DNA of 64,000 nucleotides from Alphaproteobacteria bacterium (GTDB lineage Bacteria > Pseudomonadota > Alphaproteobacteria > CAAHEQ01 > UBA3637): contig JAZUQR010000026.1 in the NCBI GenBank assembly GCA_045605805.1, positions 1-64,000 on the forward strand. The letters are read 5' to 3'. The translations under genes and the position numbers were made by a program. Below are positions 9,442-19,446 of this stretch, piece after piece. Under the pieces are notes generated by a model. The model searched no databases, was not told the origin of the DNA, and worked only from the letters and a program-made list of their open reading frames with translations. Numbering within the stretch: position 1 is the stretch's first letter; every line of letters begins with the position of its first letter.

Positions 9442-10059
9442 TTACATCTGGAAGTATTCTACCATAAGAACCTGAGCCATAGCAAGGATAAAAGCGGAAA
9501 AAATACCGGCAGTCACATCATCCATCATCACGCCCACAGGGTTTTTGCGTCTGTCCCAAAAGGCCACAGCACCCCATTTGAAAATATCAAAAAAGCGGAA
9601 TAAAACAAAGCCGGCAATCAACATCGGCCAATGCATAAAGTCGGAAATAACAATTGAAAAAGTAATCAGTTGTCCCACCACTTCGTCAATAATCACTTCT
9701 GATGGGTCTTTTTCTTTTTTATCGGCCGTATATTGTTGAATAGCTTTGATGCCAACAATAGCCAAAACAAAAGTCAAAATCCACAACATAGTAATACTGT
9801 ATCTGTTTAAGATATAAGCAATCGGTAAGGCTACCAAAGAACCAATTGTCCCAGCACCCTTTGGGAATAAACCGATTTTCCACAAAGTAGCTAATGGTGC
9901 CAAAGAAAAGCCCTTAGGGGCTGTTTGAAGTTGAGGTGTGGCACTCTTGTGGGATACAGAGCCACTTTTCACCCCAGTTGTTGCGGTTGCCTTTGCGGCC
10001 ACAGATTTTTTAGTCATAGGTTGTTTTTTTTGATTTTTTTTCTTTGAAACGGCCATCAT
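9442..10059 (-). CDS. pgpA: Phosphatidylglycerophosphatase A
   Basis: GTIGSL, DPSEVIIDEVVG, FRFFDI.K and GVMMDD motifs. Confidence 0.9.
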   Translation of the reverse strand: MMAVSKKKNQKKQPMTKKSVAAKATATTGVKSGSVSHKSATPQLQTAPKGFSLAPLATLWKIGLFPKGAGTIGSLVALPIAYILNRYSITMLWILTFVLAIVGIKAIQQYTADKKEKDPSEVIIDEVVGQLITFSIVISDFMHWPMLIAGFVLFRFFDIFKWGAVAFWDRRKNPVGVMMDDVTAGIFSAFILAMAQVLMVEYFQM

Positions 10060-10069
10060 ATCCTCCTTC

Positions 10070-11302
10070 TTATTGTTCGTCTAAGCTATCTGGTTTATCT
10101 GTATTATGTTCTTCTTCCTCTGCTTCTTCATCTTCATCTTCATCAAATGGAACATCGGGGAAGATAGAAAAATGTTTTTTCAGCAGTTGATGAAAGGTTG
10201 TCACATGCTCACCTTCATCTGCTTGATATTTTACCAAATAAATATGATTTTGCAACAAATAATTCACAACAGAGTCATAATTTTGAATAGACCCACGCAT
10301 CAGCAAAATTGTTGGAATAATAGAGGCATCAGGTTCAAGTTTTTCCAACAAAGCAGCTTGCTTCAAAACGGTGGCACCAATCGTTAAAGTTTCACCAATT
10401 TCATTGCGCCAAACCGAGTTTTCAATCGGGCTTGAAATATCCACCACCCAATTATGAGCTTCGCTTAAAAGTTTGCAAATCACAGCATCATTGTCTGAGG
10501 AATAAACCAAGTCAATAATTTGCCCTTCCAAAGCCACTTTCTTAAACACCGCCATATCCAGTGTGTCATCAATGTGCATCAGGCTTTCAATGTCTTGTGC
10601 TTTTTGTGAGACCGAGCTTGTACCAACAGAGGCTGTGGATACTCCAGCCACAGGACTTGCGGATACAGGCGAAACAGGGGGCAATCCCCCCCCTAAGGCA
10701 GCACCCGCTTGTATTGGGGGAGAGGAGCTGGGGGAAGCAACCGCTGGGTGCATAGGTGAAGTTTGAACACTCATGGGCTTTGGCGGTGTCAAAGTTGTTT
10801 TCGGATGTACACTGGGTACGGCAGGGGCAACAGGAGCTTGCGATGGCGAAGGAACGGTCACAGCTTCAACAGGTTTAGAAACAGAAGGAGATTGAAAAGA
10901 CTCAGAAGTCCCTGATTCAATTGGTCCCTGTTGGGATGGTTGTATCACAGAGTCAACTTGTCCCTGTACAGCCAAAGCCGGTTGCGCAACAGGTTCTGCA
11001 TGGGATTGGGGTGGTACAGCAGTTGCAGGGGTACTTACCCCCTCCATGTGTTTTGTGGTGACTTGTGAAACAACAGGTGTGGCCTGTGTGGGGGAATGGA
11101 AAAAGTGATGGCATAATTTAATCCAATAAAAAAGCCAACAGGCCGATAAAAATCCACCAAAGAAAAAGCCAAGAACATATTTGGATGTCCAGTTAATCTT
11201 CTGTAAAAAGGTTAAACCAAAAGCCGAACTTAAAAAATAGGCAGCAAAAATCTCTATCCCAATCCCTAATGCACCGGCGAAAAGACTAAACTTCCAAGAC
11301 AT
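10070..11302 (-). CDS. Hypothetical membrane protein: 2 TM, Pro/Ser-rich linker, globular C-domain, acidic tail
   Basis: Long ORF with RBS; composition. The C-domain only faintly resembles a NERD/PD-(D/E)XK fold. Confidence 0.7.
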   Translation of the reverse strand: MSWKFSLFAGALGIGIEIFAAYFLSSAFGLTFLQKINWTSKYVLGFFFGGFLSACWLFYWIKLCHHFFHSPTQATPVVSQVTTKHMEGVSTPATAVPPQSHAEPVAQPALAVQGQVDSVIQPSQQGPIESGTSESFQSPSVSKPVEAVTVPSPSQAPVAPAVPSVHPKTTLTPPKPMSVQTSPMHPAVASPSSSPPIQAGAALGGGLPPVSPVSASPVAGVSTASVGTSSVSQKAQDIESLMHIDDTLDMAVFKKVALEGQIIDLVYSSDNDAVICKLLSEAHNWVVDISSPIENSVWRNEIGETLTIGATVLKQAALLEKLEPDASIIPTILLMRGSIQNYDSVVNYLLQNHIYLVKYQADEGEHVTTFHQLLKKHFSIFPDVPFDEDEDEEAEEEEHNTDKPDSLDEQ

Positions 11303-11332
11303 CCTTTTATCCCCCCTTATTGCTCGGCTGTT

Positions 11333-13696
11333 TTAGCGTTGGCGCCCCTTAAATGTGAGAAGAAGATGCTCGGTCTCTTGCAGCTCAGTCAATTGGTCCT
11401 GAAGCGTTATCGGGCCTCCATTTTTAAGTTGCTCAAACTTCTTAGAAGCTTTTTCAAAACGGTCATTCAATAATTGCTGTTCAGGGATCAGTACACCTTT
11501 TTTAGCAGAATACCATTTGCCATCCTTTTGGGTAAAAGTTCTTATGTTTCCGCTGTTTAGTTGCATTGTAATTGACTTATTCTTAAGATCATAGGAACAA
11601 AACCCTTCACTCTTATTTTCTTTGCTGTCATAGCTAAAAGTAATGGTTTTGCTTTTCAAATCCACCTCAGTAGTAAAGGTTGTCTGCTCCCTCTCTTTCT
11701 GCATTGTGATAAGATTTTCTGCCTCGTTCTCCGTTTCATCGGCAATACCTTTACCGGATTTCCGTTCTGCTCCCAAAAGAGTCAAAGCCTGTAAAGCCTC
11801 GGCCGGCATAATTTTTGTTTCGGACAAAAGCTTAAACATATCTGCATTTTTGGCGTCAGCCAACATATCCGCCAAATAGTCATTCATTTGCTTGCCAAGA
11901 TCAGGATATTGCGCCTGTAAATCCGCCAATTTATCCATCCCTTTGAAATTGGGGTCGTTCCAAATGGCTTCCAATTTTTCGGCAAAATCCCTCATTTCAG
12001 GATGTTGTTTGGAATCTCGGTACAGACTCTTCAAATACATCTGTTGAAATTGCAATATAGCAGCGGCCGAATTCATCAACCCCAATACATGGGCATCTTG
12101 TGGGGCAAGTTGCGCATTGCCCTTCATCAAGGCTTCCAAACTGACACCGGCGTTTAATGCCTGTTGCAGGTCATAACCACCAATCATAATGTTTGCACCG
12201 TTTTGGTTGCCAAAGTTAAGATTGCTGCCAATCACAGGGCCATAGATATTGATAACAGTGCCGTTTCCGCCATTACCGCCATTTCCACCATTTCCACCAT
12301 TACCGCCATTGGGATTATTCTCATCTGATGGGTTATTACCAGCGTTATTATGAAACGGCTCTTTTGAATCCCACTTACCCCATTTATCTTCACTCAAACG
12401 CAGGTTGCGATTTTTAACCCATTCATCAAAGTTTGCCATCATAGTGGCCAGATTTTGCAAAGGCATCAACAAAAGGCCTTCACAAAAAGTAGCACCCATA
12501 TCCAATGGATCTGCCTTGGATAAAACATTCTTTTGATAAGAATCCCAAGTTTTTTCCCAACTTTTGGCAACAACATCGTTCAAGAAAGAATCCAACCCCA
12601 CATAATTGGAAGAAGATTTGGCAGGGGAAGCATTTTTTGTTAAAGCGTTTTTCAACGCATCAGAATGTTCGGGTTTAAGTTTTAAGCCAACAATTGTATC
12701 ACCATCTTTGTCAACAATATTGTCAGCAGTCACACCGCCACCAATGGTACCAACGATGTCTTTGACGATTTTGTCTTTCAAGCTATCAGGGAGGTCTTTC
12801 AAACTAAACTTTGTTTCGCCAGAATCCCAACCTTTATAATTATTTTTGTCTTTGTGTTTGTTGTATAAAGGAACAGCCCCCTCCAACCCCTTTTCCGCCA
12901 AGTCGTTGACAATAGGTTGCAGTTGTGTTTTCAACGCTTTAGGCGCTTCGGCAAGATTGTTGGTTCTTCTTTTAATGGCAGACAGTGCCTCATTCAAAGC
13001 GTCTTTTGCAGTCGTATCGCCATCTTGAAAAGCCTGAATACGGTTTGTATCGGTCAATATCTCCATCATCTTTTTCAGATCAATATCTTTATCGGACGTT
13101 TCAGGAGAATCGGATTCACGGTCATTAGAAGGTTCAGACTCGGCGGCCTCGTTATAAGCGGTTTGTAATTTCTTAAAGGCCTCCGACATCAAGCTCAAAT
13201 CTGTATTGCCTTCGTTTTTATACTCCTCCAAAGTTTTAGTTTCCCCAATACTTTTCATAATATCGTCCCAAACCTTTTGCACTAAAAGTGGGGGCAGATT
13301 GTCTATATTATCAAACCCTTCCAAAAGGTAATAGTCGTCAGGGTCTCCTGGTATTTGTTTAAATTTGCTCAAATCTTTATGTTTTGTGTAATGTTTAAGA
13401 GCCTCAGGAAAACGTTCGCCAAAATCTTGTTCGGCAATTTTATGAATTATTTCTAAGGCCTGATCCTTTTCGTCCGAGGGCTCTGCGTCGTTAACTTTTT
13501 GTGCCAAAAGTTTAATAGCTGTGTTATAAGAAGTTTTTAGAGCATCATCATCAGAGTTTAGTGCATCGACAGAGTTATCTCTAAGATAATCTGTCAAGTC
13601 ATCATCAGAGTTTAGCACATTGTTAAAGTTATCATTAAGATAATCTGTCAATTCTGCAATGCTGTCTTCCTCTAATTTGTTTGGACCAAGAGTCAT
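11333..13696 (-). CDS. Large acidic hypothetical protein with internal repeats and a basic C-terminus
   Basis: 787-aa ORF; AGGAGG RBS; GGN repeats; 18-aa tandem repeat; ends FKGRQR. Confidence 0.8.
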   Translation of the reverse strand: MTLGPNKLEEDSIAELTDYLNDNFNNVLNSDDDLTDYLRDNSVDALNSDDDALKTSYNTAIKLLAQKVNDAEPSDEKDQALEIIHKIAEQDFGERFPEALKHYTKHKDLSKFKQIPGDPDDYYLLEGFDNIDNLPPLLVQKVWDDIMKSIGETKTLEEYKNEGNTDLSLMSEAFKKLQTAYNEAAESEPSNDRESDSPETSDKDIDLKKMMEILTDTNRIQAFQDGDTTAKDALNEALSAIKRRTNNLAEAPKALKTQLQPIVNDLAEKGLEGAVPLYNKHKDKNNYKGWDSGETKFSLKDLPDSLKDKIVKDIVGTIGGGVTADNIVDKDGDTIVGLKLKPEHSDALKNALTKNASPAKSSSNYVGLDSFLNDVVAKSWEKTWDSYQKNVLSKADPLDMGATFCEGLLLMPLQNLATMMANFDEWVKNRNLRLSEDKWGKWDSKEPFHNNAGNNPSDENNPNGGNGGNGGNGGNGGNGTVINIYGPVIGSNLNFGNQNGANIMIGGYDLQQALNAGVSLEALMKGNAQLAPQDAHVLGLMNSAAAILQFQQMYLKSLYRDSKQHPEMRDFAEKLEAIWNDPNFKGMDKLADLQAQYPDLGKQMNDYLADMLADAKNADMFKLLSETKIMPAEALQALTLLGAERKSGKGIADETENEAENLITMQKEREQTTFTTEVDLKSKTITFSYDSKENKSEGFCSYDLKNKSITMQLNSGNIRTFTQKDGKWYSAKKGVLIPEQQLLNDRFEKASKKFEQLKNGGPITLQDQLTELQETEHLLLTFKGRQR
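13545..13652. repeat. 54-bp tandem duplication encoding LTDYLxDNxxxxLNSDDD twice
   Basis: TCATCATCAGAGTTTAG...TAAGATAATCTGTCAA occurs twice in tandem. Confidence 0.85.
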
Positions 13697-13847
13697 AGGT
13701 TTCCTCCTTAAAAACAGTTATTTCTACTAACAATTATACCATGCTTTAAGGTGATGTCAACAAAATAATGCATAAAAAAATAAAAAATGTTGATTTTTGA
13801 AAAAAAGATTGGTAAGCTGAAAAAAAGTTGTAAAACAAGGGGGTTTT

Positions 13848-15653
13848 ATGAAGAAAAAACAATGGATGCTTCTTTGCTTTTTGGGAATCTTATTTTTTGC
13901 AAAAACGGCCTGTGCGGCAATTGTATATAAAGCAACATTGGCTGCCTATAATGCCATAGATAACGGCTGTTGGTTTTGTGGTGTTTTTGGAACCCTGTTT
14001 GATGTTATGAATGATATCACAACCAATATGTGTGAAGATATGCAAGGCACATTTTTGATGTTACTTGGTTTGTTTATGTTGTTTTGGTTGGCGATGCGGG
14101 TGGGTAAAGTCGTGTTGGATATTTCTCCCAATCCAGACACTTCTTTTGTGCCGGATTTGCTCAAACAAATACTGAAAGTCACAGCGGCTTCCTTGTTGAT
14201 TTCTGGATATATTTATGTGTTTCATAATGTCATAGGTCCTGCTTTGGAATTGAGTATTGGTGTTGGGAATCGGATAATGATGATGCAAGACCCTGGAACA
14301 ATTGTTGAGGCCAGTCGGACAAGTGCCCAAGGGACTGTAGCAAGCACAGAAAAGAGTATCTGTCAGGAGTTACATGATGCAATGGAAGAGGCAAAAAGTC
14401 AAAACGACACCGAAGGAGACAAGGCCTTTTCAAAGGTGACCAAAGAGGCCTTCTTGTGCTATATCAGAACGGCCAGTGCCGCTATGATAAACGGCATGGC
14501 GTTGGGCATAACGGCAGCACTGTCGTGGTATGAGATGAATTTTTGGAATAAATTTACTCATTTTGACATAATACTTGTGGGTACAACCCTATATTGGTGT
14601 TTCTTTATGCTCTTTGTTTACTTTCCAGTGCAGTTGTTTGACCCATTATTAAACCTTGTTTTTGTGTCAGCTATGTACCCATTGTGGATGGTTTTGGCTG
14701 TTTTTAATTCGACAAAAGGCTATGCAAATAAAGCCAAAGATCTGTTTTTAAGCGTGTTGGTTCATTTGATTGTTATTTCTATTATAGGGATGTTGGCTAT
14801 TCAAGTAATGGGTTTTGCCTTGGGAACAGCTGCTGAACGTCATCAGATAGAGCAAGCATTGCTAAATGGTGCTTCTGCTGGCACAGTGTTTTCCAATATG
14901 GTAAATCAAAGAATATGGGTCGTGTTGGCTTTGGGAATTATGGCGTTCAACTTGATGAAACAAGCTCCCAAAATTGCCTCTAACTTCCAAGCAGGTGTCA
15001 GTATGGGTGGAAATGACGCCATGGGTCGTATAACAGGCAGTGCTTTGAAGCTAAGCACAAATGCGGCGGCAAGTGGGATATCTGCCGGTGCGCATGCGGT
15101 GCAAGGTGGTGTGTCAAGAATGGCTCAACGAAACGATGGGTTGGGACGAGTGGGGCGCAATCTGCAACGGGCAGGCGATGCAGCAACGGCCGCTGTCTCC
15201 ACAGGCTTAGCTATAAGTACATTCGGTATGCTTGGCACTTCCAGTGCAGCCACCTCTATAAGAAGATTGGCCAAAGGGCGATCACCTTTTTTGGATGGTA
15301 AAGAGATGAAGAATAGTAAAGGTGAGACCTACACATTTAACAGCAAAAAGAATATCATGGGCAAAAAGGATGCCCAGGGGAATGCGTATAAAATTGATAA
15401 TAATACCGGGGTATATGAATCACAGGATAAATACGGTAAAACGCTTGGAAAATATGATTCAAAACATCAAGAGGTCTCTTTGGATGGAAGGAATTATAAA
15501 ATTGTCGGGGGCACAGTGAAGACAATGGATGATAAAGCTGTGGGTAGCAGTATTGCTAACCGTGTGTTGCAATTCCAAAAAGAAGCTGAGGCTAACATAA
15601 ATCATGTGAATAGAGTATACGGTGCGCTGAAAAAAAAGGGAAAAATTAAATGA
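13848..15653 (+). CDS. VirB6/TrbL-like polytopic membrane protein 1
   Basis: Signal-like N-terminus, CWFC motif, several TM blocks, Gly/Ala-rich then basic tail. Confidence 0.6.
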   Translation: MKKKQWMLLCFLGILFFAKTACAAIVYKATLAAYNAIDNGCWFCGVFGTLFDVMNDITTNMCEDMQGTFLMLLGLFMLFWLAMRVGKVVLDISPNPDTSFVPDLLKQILKVTAASLLISGYIYVFHNVIGPALELSIGVGNRIMMMQDPGTIVEASRTSAQGTVASTEKSICQELHDAMEEAKSQNDTEGDKAFSKVTKEAFLCYIRTASAAMINGMALGITAALSWYEMNFWNKFTHFDIILVGTTLYWCFFMLFVYFPVQLFDPLLNLVFVSAMYPLWMVLAVFNSTKGYANKAKDLFLSVLVHLIVISIIGMLAIQVMGFALGTAAERHQIEQALLNGASAGTVFSNMVNQRIWVVLALGIMAFNLMKQAPKIASNFQAGVSMGGNDAMGRITGSALKLSTNAAASGISAGAHAVQGGVSRMAQRNDGLGRVGRNLQRAGDAATAAVSTGLAISTFGMLGTSSAATSIRRLAKGRSPFLDGKEMKNSKGETYTFNSKKNIMGKKDAQGNAYKIDNNTGVYESQDKYGKTLGKYDSKHQEVSLDGRNYKIVGGTVKTMDDKAVGSSIANRVLQFQKEAEANINHVNRVYGALKKKGKIK

Positions 15654-16993
15654 AACAAATAACAAAAAACATTTTAACAATTGTTTTTTTGATACTTGTT
15701 TGTGTGGCACTTTCAGCATGTGAAGCACCCAAGTTTGACCCAAACGATGGAAGTGCTACAATTAAAAATTGCTGGACCTGTGCGATTTATGGCTCTGTTT
15801 TTAATTTTATCAATTCAGTTGTGAAGGACTCTGTTTCAACTTCACTGTCTGTTGCTCAATTCTTGTTGGGTGCAGGGTTGTTGTTGTTTTTGCTGAAACA
15901 AGTGGGGTCAATCATGATTTTTGCAAGTGAAGCAGACATGCAAAAAACCATGAAAGAAACGGGTTATACGATTTTGAAAGCCATGATAATCTCATTCATC
16001 ATTTACCGACAAGATTGGTTTATGCAAACAATCAAGGATGTGCTGATTTATCCAATTGGCAGTTTTATAATGATGATGGGCAATGCTGTTTTAGACAGTA
16101 TTCCAGAGAGCAGTTCCTATTTTAGCGGGGTTCAAGGCTTGTCAAAAGACGGTACAAGTTTGATAGAAATAGGGGGAAAATTAGTCCCATTTGATGAAAC
16201 AGCAAGCCTTTTTGGTGATATTGGGATTCAGGTTCAATATATAGTAGCTCGGCTTTTTGCTTCGTTCAAAGGTGGCTTTGATTTGGGAAAACGGATCATT
16301 CAAGAAGGGGATATATATGCTTGGGCAGTTGGCTTGTTCTTTATGTGGGAAGTGGCCGATATAATGTTTATTTTTCCATTTGCTTTTGTGGACGCATTCC
16401 TCATCTTGGTTCTTTATGTGACGCTGTTTCCCATTGCGTTGGCACTGTGGGTGTTTCCACAAACAAAGAAATATTTTTCAAAAGTTTTTCCCGCCCCGTT
16501 TATAAGCCCCTTTTTGGATATATTGTTTGGCATAATTATTGTGACGCTGATGATGAGCATGGCTCAAATCTATGGTGATGTGGGCTTAGGGAATCTGATG
16601 AGTGGAGAAGCACAAGTAAATCGTTCGGATATTGCAGAAGGGGCTGCCAATGGTAAGCCGAATGTAATTATCATGCTTTTGTTAATTATGTGTGTCAAAA
16701 AAATGGCATTGAATATTTCGGATTTCAGTGCTCAATTCGGGGGTGAAGCTGCCCCTGCTGGTCTGTTTGCAACATTAAAGAAAGTACAAGATACAGTGAA
16801 AAAAATCGTGGCCCAAGTTGCCTTGGCATTTGCTACCGGTGGTGGCAGTTTGGCCGCAACTGTGGCAAAAGAAGCCTCTAAAGAAGCAGCAAAACAAGCA
16901 ATGGCCGCCGCCGCTGAATCCATGAGTAAAGCGGCCCCCAAAAAGGAATTGAAAGATGAAGAGGCCGAAAAACCAAAACCGGAGGGCGCATGA
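15650..16993 (+). CDS. VirB6/TrbL-like polytopic membrane protein 2
   Basis: Lipobox-like LSAC, CWTC motif, LFPIALALWVFPQTK segment, Ala/Lys-rich tail; ATGA overlap with the next gene. Confidence 0.6.
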   Translation: MKQITKNILTIVFLILVCVALSACEAPKFDPNDGSATIKNCWTCAIYGSVFNFINSVVKDSVSTSLSVAQFLLGAGLLLFLLKQVGSIMIFASEADMQKTMKETGYTILKAMIISFIIYRQDWFMQTIKDVLIYPIGSFIMMMGNAVLDSIPESSSYFSGVQGLSKDGTSLIEIGGKLVPFDETASLFGDIGIQVQYIVARLFASFKGGFDLGKRIIQEGDIYAWAVGLFFMWEVADIMFIFPFAFVDAFLILVLYVTLFPIALALWVFPQTKKYFSKVFPAPFISPFLDILFGIIIVTLMMSMAQIYGDVGLGNLMSGEAQVNRSDIAEGAANGKPNVIIMLLLIMCVKKMALNISDFSAQFGGEAAPAGLFATLKKVQDTVKKIVAQVALAFATGGGSLAATVAKEASKEAAKQAMAAAAESMSKAAPKKELKDEEAEKPKPEGA

Positions 16994-19356
16994 AGAAAAT
17001 AAAATATCTATTGAATCGCCTGTGTTTTGTTGGAGCTGCATTGTTTGGAATATGGGGGTGTTCTTTTCTGCCAACAACATTGTTGTCAGAAATGGGAAAA
17101 GTGTTTTGGGTACTCTCTGGTTTTGTGTTGGCCGTCTTTTGTGTGCTATGCCTAAAACGATATAAGAAAACAGCCATGACGCTTGTGGTGTGTTTTTTAT
17201 GTGGGTCGGCCCAAGCCCAATTTGAAGATAGGTGTGCGGTTGTAATGCAATCTTCGGTGGAAGAGGGAAATTGGTGTCTGTATGAAGGAATGATACAAAA
17301 GTTTGGCAGTCAGACTTGTTCGTTTATGAAGAGTTTTAATCCGACTAAAGTCAGGAAACGCCAAAGAGACAGAGAAGAAATGATGGAGCGGATTGCCAAT
17401 GCCGATGGGATTTTGGATGCCTATAATGCATTAGATGAAGGAAGAAAAAACGCACTGGCCTTAAATTGTCAAAGATTGACCCCAGAAGAAACAGAGTTAC
17501 CTGTTCAAAAAAAAGTCGATAAGTTAAAAAATGCAACGCATCCTGTTTGTTGTGCCGAAAATCTTCAATCATTGTACCAGATATATAACAGCCAATTTTC
17601 CAGCCGAGATATTGAAACTTTGCCAACGATGTTGATGGATGAAAAAAATCAATGCTGGGTGTGTGATGTGGTGTATATTTTAATCAATCTGGCCAATACA
17701 ATGGCATACCGAGCCGCCCCGCAAATGGCCGTTGTGGGTTTGTTCTTTTTGAAGTGGGCCTTTGTGTTTTGGTTGGTGTTAAAAATCGGCATGTTGTTTA
17801 TGAATAGAAACATCAATGGAAAACCATACAGCGGAGGTACTTTTTTCCAAGAATTACTCATCCGCTTGCTGTGTGTAGGCTTGGCAGCCATTGTGATTAC
17901 GGATACAGCCCAAAAAGTAAATGATTCACCAACCAGTGCTGTGACTGATGTTGAAAAAGGAACCATGTTGGATGAAGCATATAGCAAGTTGTTGAATCCG
18001 CCGTTGGAGTTGATTGCCGAAGTTGGTATCAACATTTCCGATAACCTACGCAAGGGCGAAGGCACATTTTTTGGTATGGTTGCAGAAAGGGTTAAACAAT
18101 CACCGAATTACGGTTTTGACTTAAATACAAGTGATTATTGTAAAACCAGTTTTGATATAAAACGTTCCTCTTTGCAACAGAAATTGACAAGTCCAACCAG
18201 CAAAGCAAAAGAGGTGATGGATGGGATCTATACAGGGCGTGTCATAGGCGAAGATTTAACAAAAAAAATGTTATGTTTAACACAACAGGCGTTTCGTGGG
18301 GTGTCACCTCTTGCCACACTGGGATCGTTGTTTTTGACGGATGGCATCAAAAATGGTGAATCGTTGCCACTTGGGATGGGAAGACTGCCAAAGTTAGCCC
18401 AATGTATTTATGGTTTAGTAATGATGCTTTGTTGTTGGTCGCTGGGAATATCTGTGGCCTTCCGATTGATAGATATCACCATACGCCTGTCAATTTTTAT
18501 TTTGTTGGCACCAATTTTAATCGCTTTGGCGGTGTTTCCAATTACCCGTGATAAAGCAAAAGCTGGCGTAAGATTTATGGTAAGTGCAATCATGGGCTTC
18601 ATAGAAATTTCCATAGGTGTCGCCCTTGTCATTCCATTCTTCATGGGTGCCATAGCACGCACTGAGGCACAAAAAGAGGCCTTGCTTGATGCGATGGTGG
18701 CACCGTCCAGTTCCAAATATGTATCCAATTTGTATGATATTTTTTCAAGTGGCGGGTTTATCACATTTGTGTTGGTCAGTTCTATCTGTTGGATGGGTAA
18801 GTTTTTGTTAGATGCCTCACAAAAGTTCTTTAATCATATTTTTGGCACACAAAATGTGGGACAAATGGGTGGTGCCTCAATGGCAGGGGTTGCTGCGGAT
18901 ATGCGTGGTGCAATTGGGGGTGTGGCTGATTGGACAAAAACCGACCGTGCCAAAATGATTGGGGCGGCCGCCAAAAATACCAAAGTAGGACGTGGTATGA
19001 CCAAAATGCAACAGGGGATTAAAAACTCGGCTGCCGGAGCAAAAAGATATGTGCAAGGTAAGGCTTCGCAAGCCTCAAATTATGTAAAGAACAGCAAGGT
19101 TGGTCGAGCCGCTTCGGCCGCAAAAAATGGCGTAAAAAATGTGGGACAAAAGGTGGCCAATTCAAAGGTTGGACAAGCCGCAAAAACCCTTGCCAATTCA
19201 AAGGTTGGACGTTTTGCAAAGGGCACAGGCAAAGTGGCAGGAGGTGTCTTAAAAGGGGTTGGCTCTATGGGTAAAGAAATGTTGCAACGAAGTGGAAAAT
19301 TTGTTAAAGATCAAGCCAAAAAAGGCGTACATGACTTCTTCCATCCCAAAGAATAA
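16990..19356 (+). CDS. VirB6/TrbL-like polytopic membrane protein 3
   Basis: Cys-rich periplasmic region, CWVC motif, LAPILIALAVFPITR segment, basic tail with NSKVG repeats. Confidence 0.6.
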   Translation: MKKIKYLLNRLCFVGAALFGIWGCSFLPTTLLSEMGKVFWVLSGFVLAVFCVLCLKRYKKTAMTLVVCFLCGSAQAQFEDRCAVVMQSSVEEGNWCLYEGMIQKFGSQTCSFMKSFNPTKVRKRQRDREEMMERIANADGILDAYNALDEGRKNALALNCQRLTPEETELPVQKKVDKLKNATHPVCCAENLQSLYQIYNSQFSSRDIETLPTMLMDEKNQCWVCDVVYILINLANTMAYRAAPQMAVVGLFFLKWAFVFWLVLKIGMLFMNRNINGKPYSGGTFFQELLIRLLCVGLAAIVITDTAQKVNDSPTSAVTDVEKGTMLDEAYSKLLNPPLELIAEVGINISDNLRKGEGTFFGMVAERVKQSPNYGFDLNTSDYCKTSFDIKRSSLQQKLTSPTSKAKEVMDGIYTGRVIGEDLTKKMLCLTQQAFRGVSPLATLGSLFLTDGIKNGESLPLGMGRLPKLAQCIYGLVMMLCCWSLGISVAFRLIDITIRLSIFILLAPILIALAVFPITRDKAKAGVRFMVSAIMGFIEISIGVALVIPFFMGAIARTEAQKEALLDAMVAPSSSKYVSNLYDIFSSGGFITFVLVSSICWMGKFLLDASQKFFNHIFGTQNVGQMGGASMAGVAADMRGAIGGVADWTKTDRAKMIGAAAKNTKVGRGMTKMQQGIKNSAAGAKRYVQGKASQASNYVKNSKVGRAASAAKNGVKNVGQKVANSKVGQAAKTLANSKVGRFAKGTGKVAGGVLKGVGSMGKEMLQRSGKFVKDQAKKGVHDFFHPKE

Positions 19357-19446
19357 GATTTTTGTCTAAAAAAAACATTTTTTTTCATTTTGTCTATTTT
19401 CATATTTGTTTTTTTGGTGTATAGTATCCCAAAAAGGAGAGGAACG

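Noticed and set aside
12260-12310. GGN-coding repeat as a contingency locus
   Set aside because: In-frame 9-bp units with synonymous variation; a low-complexity linker
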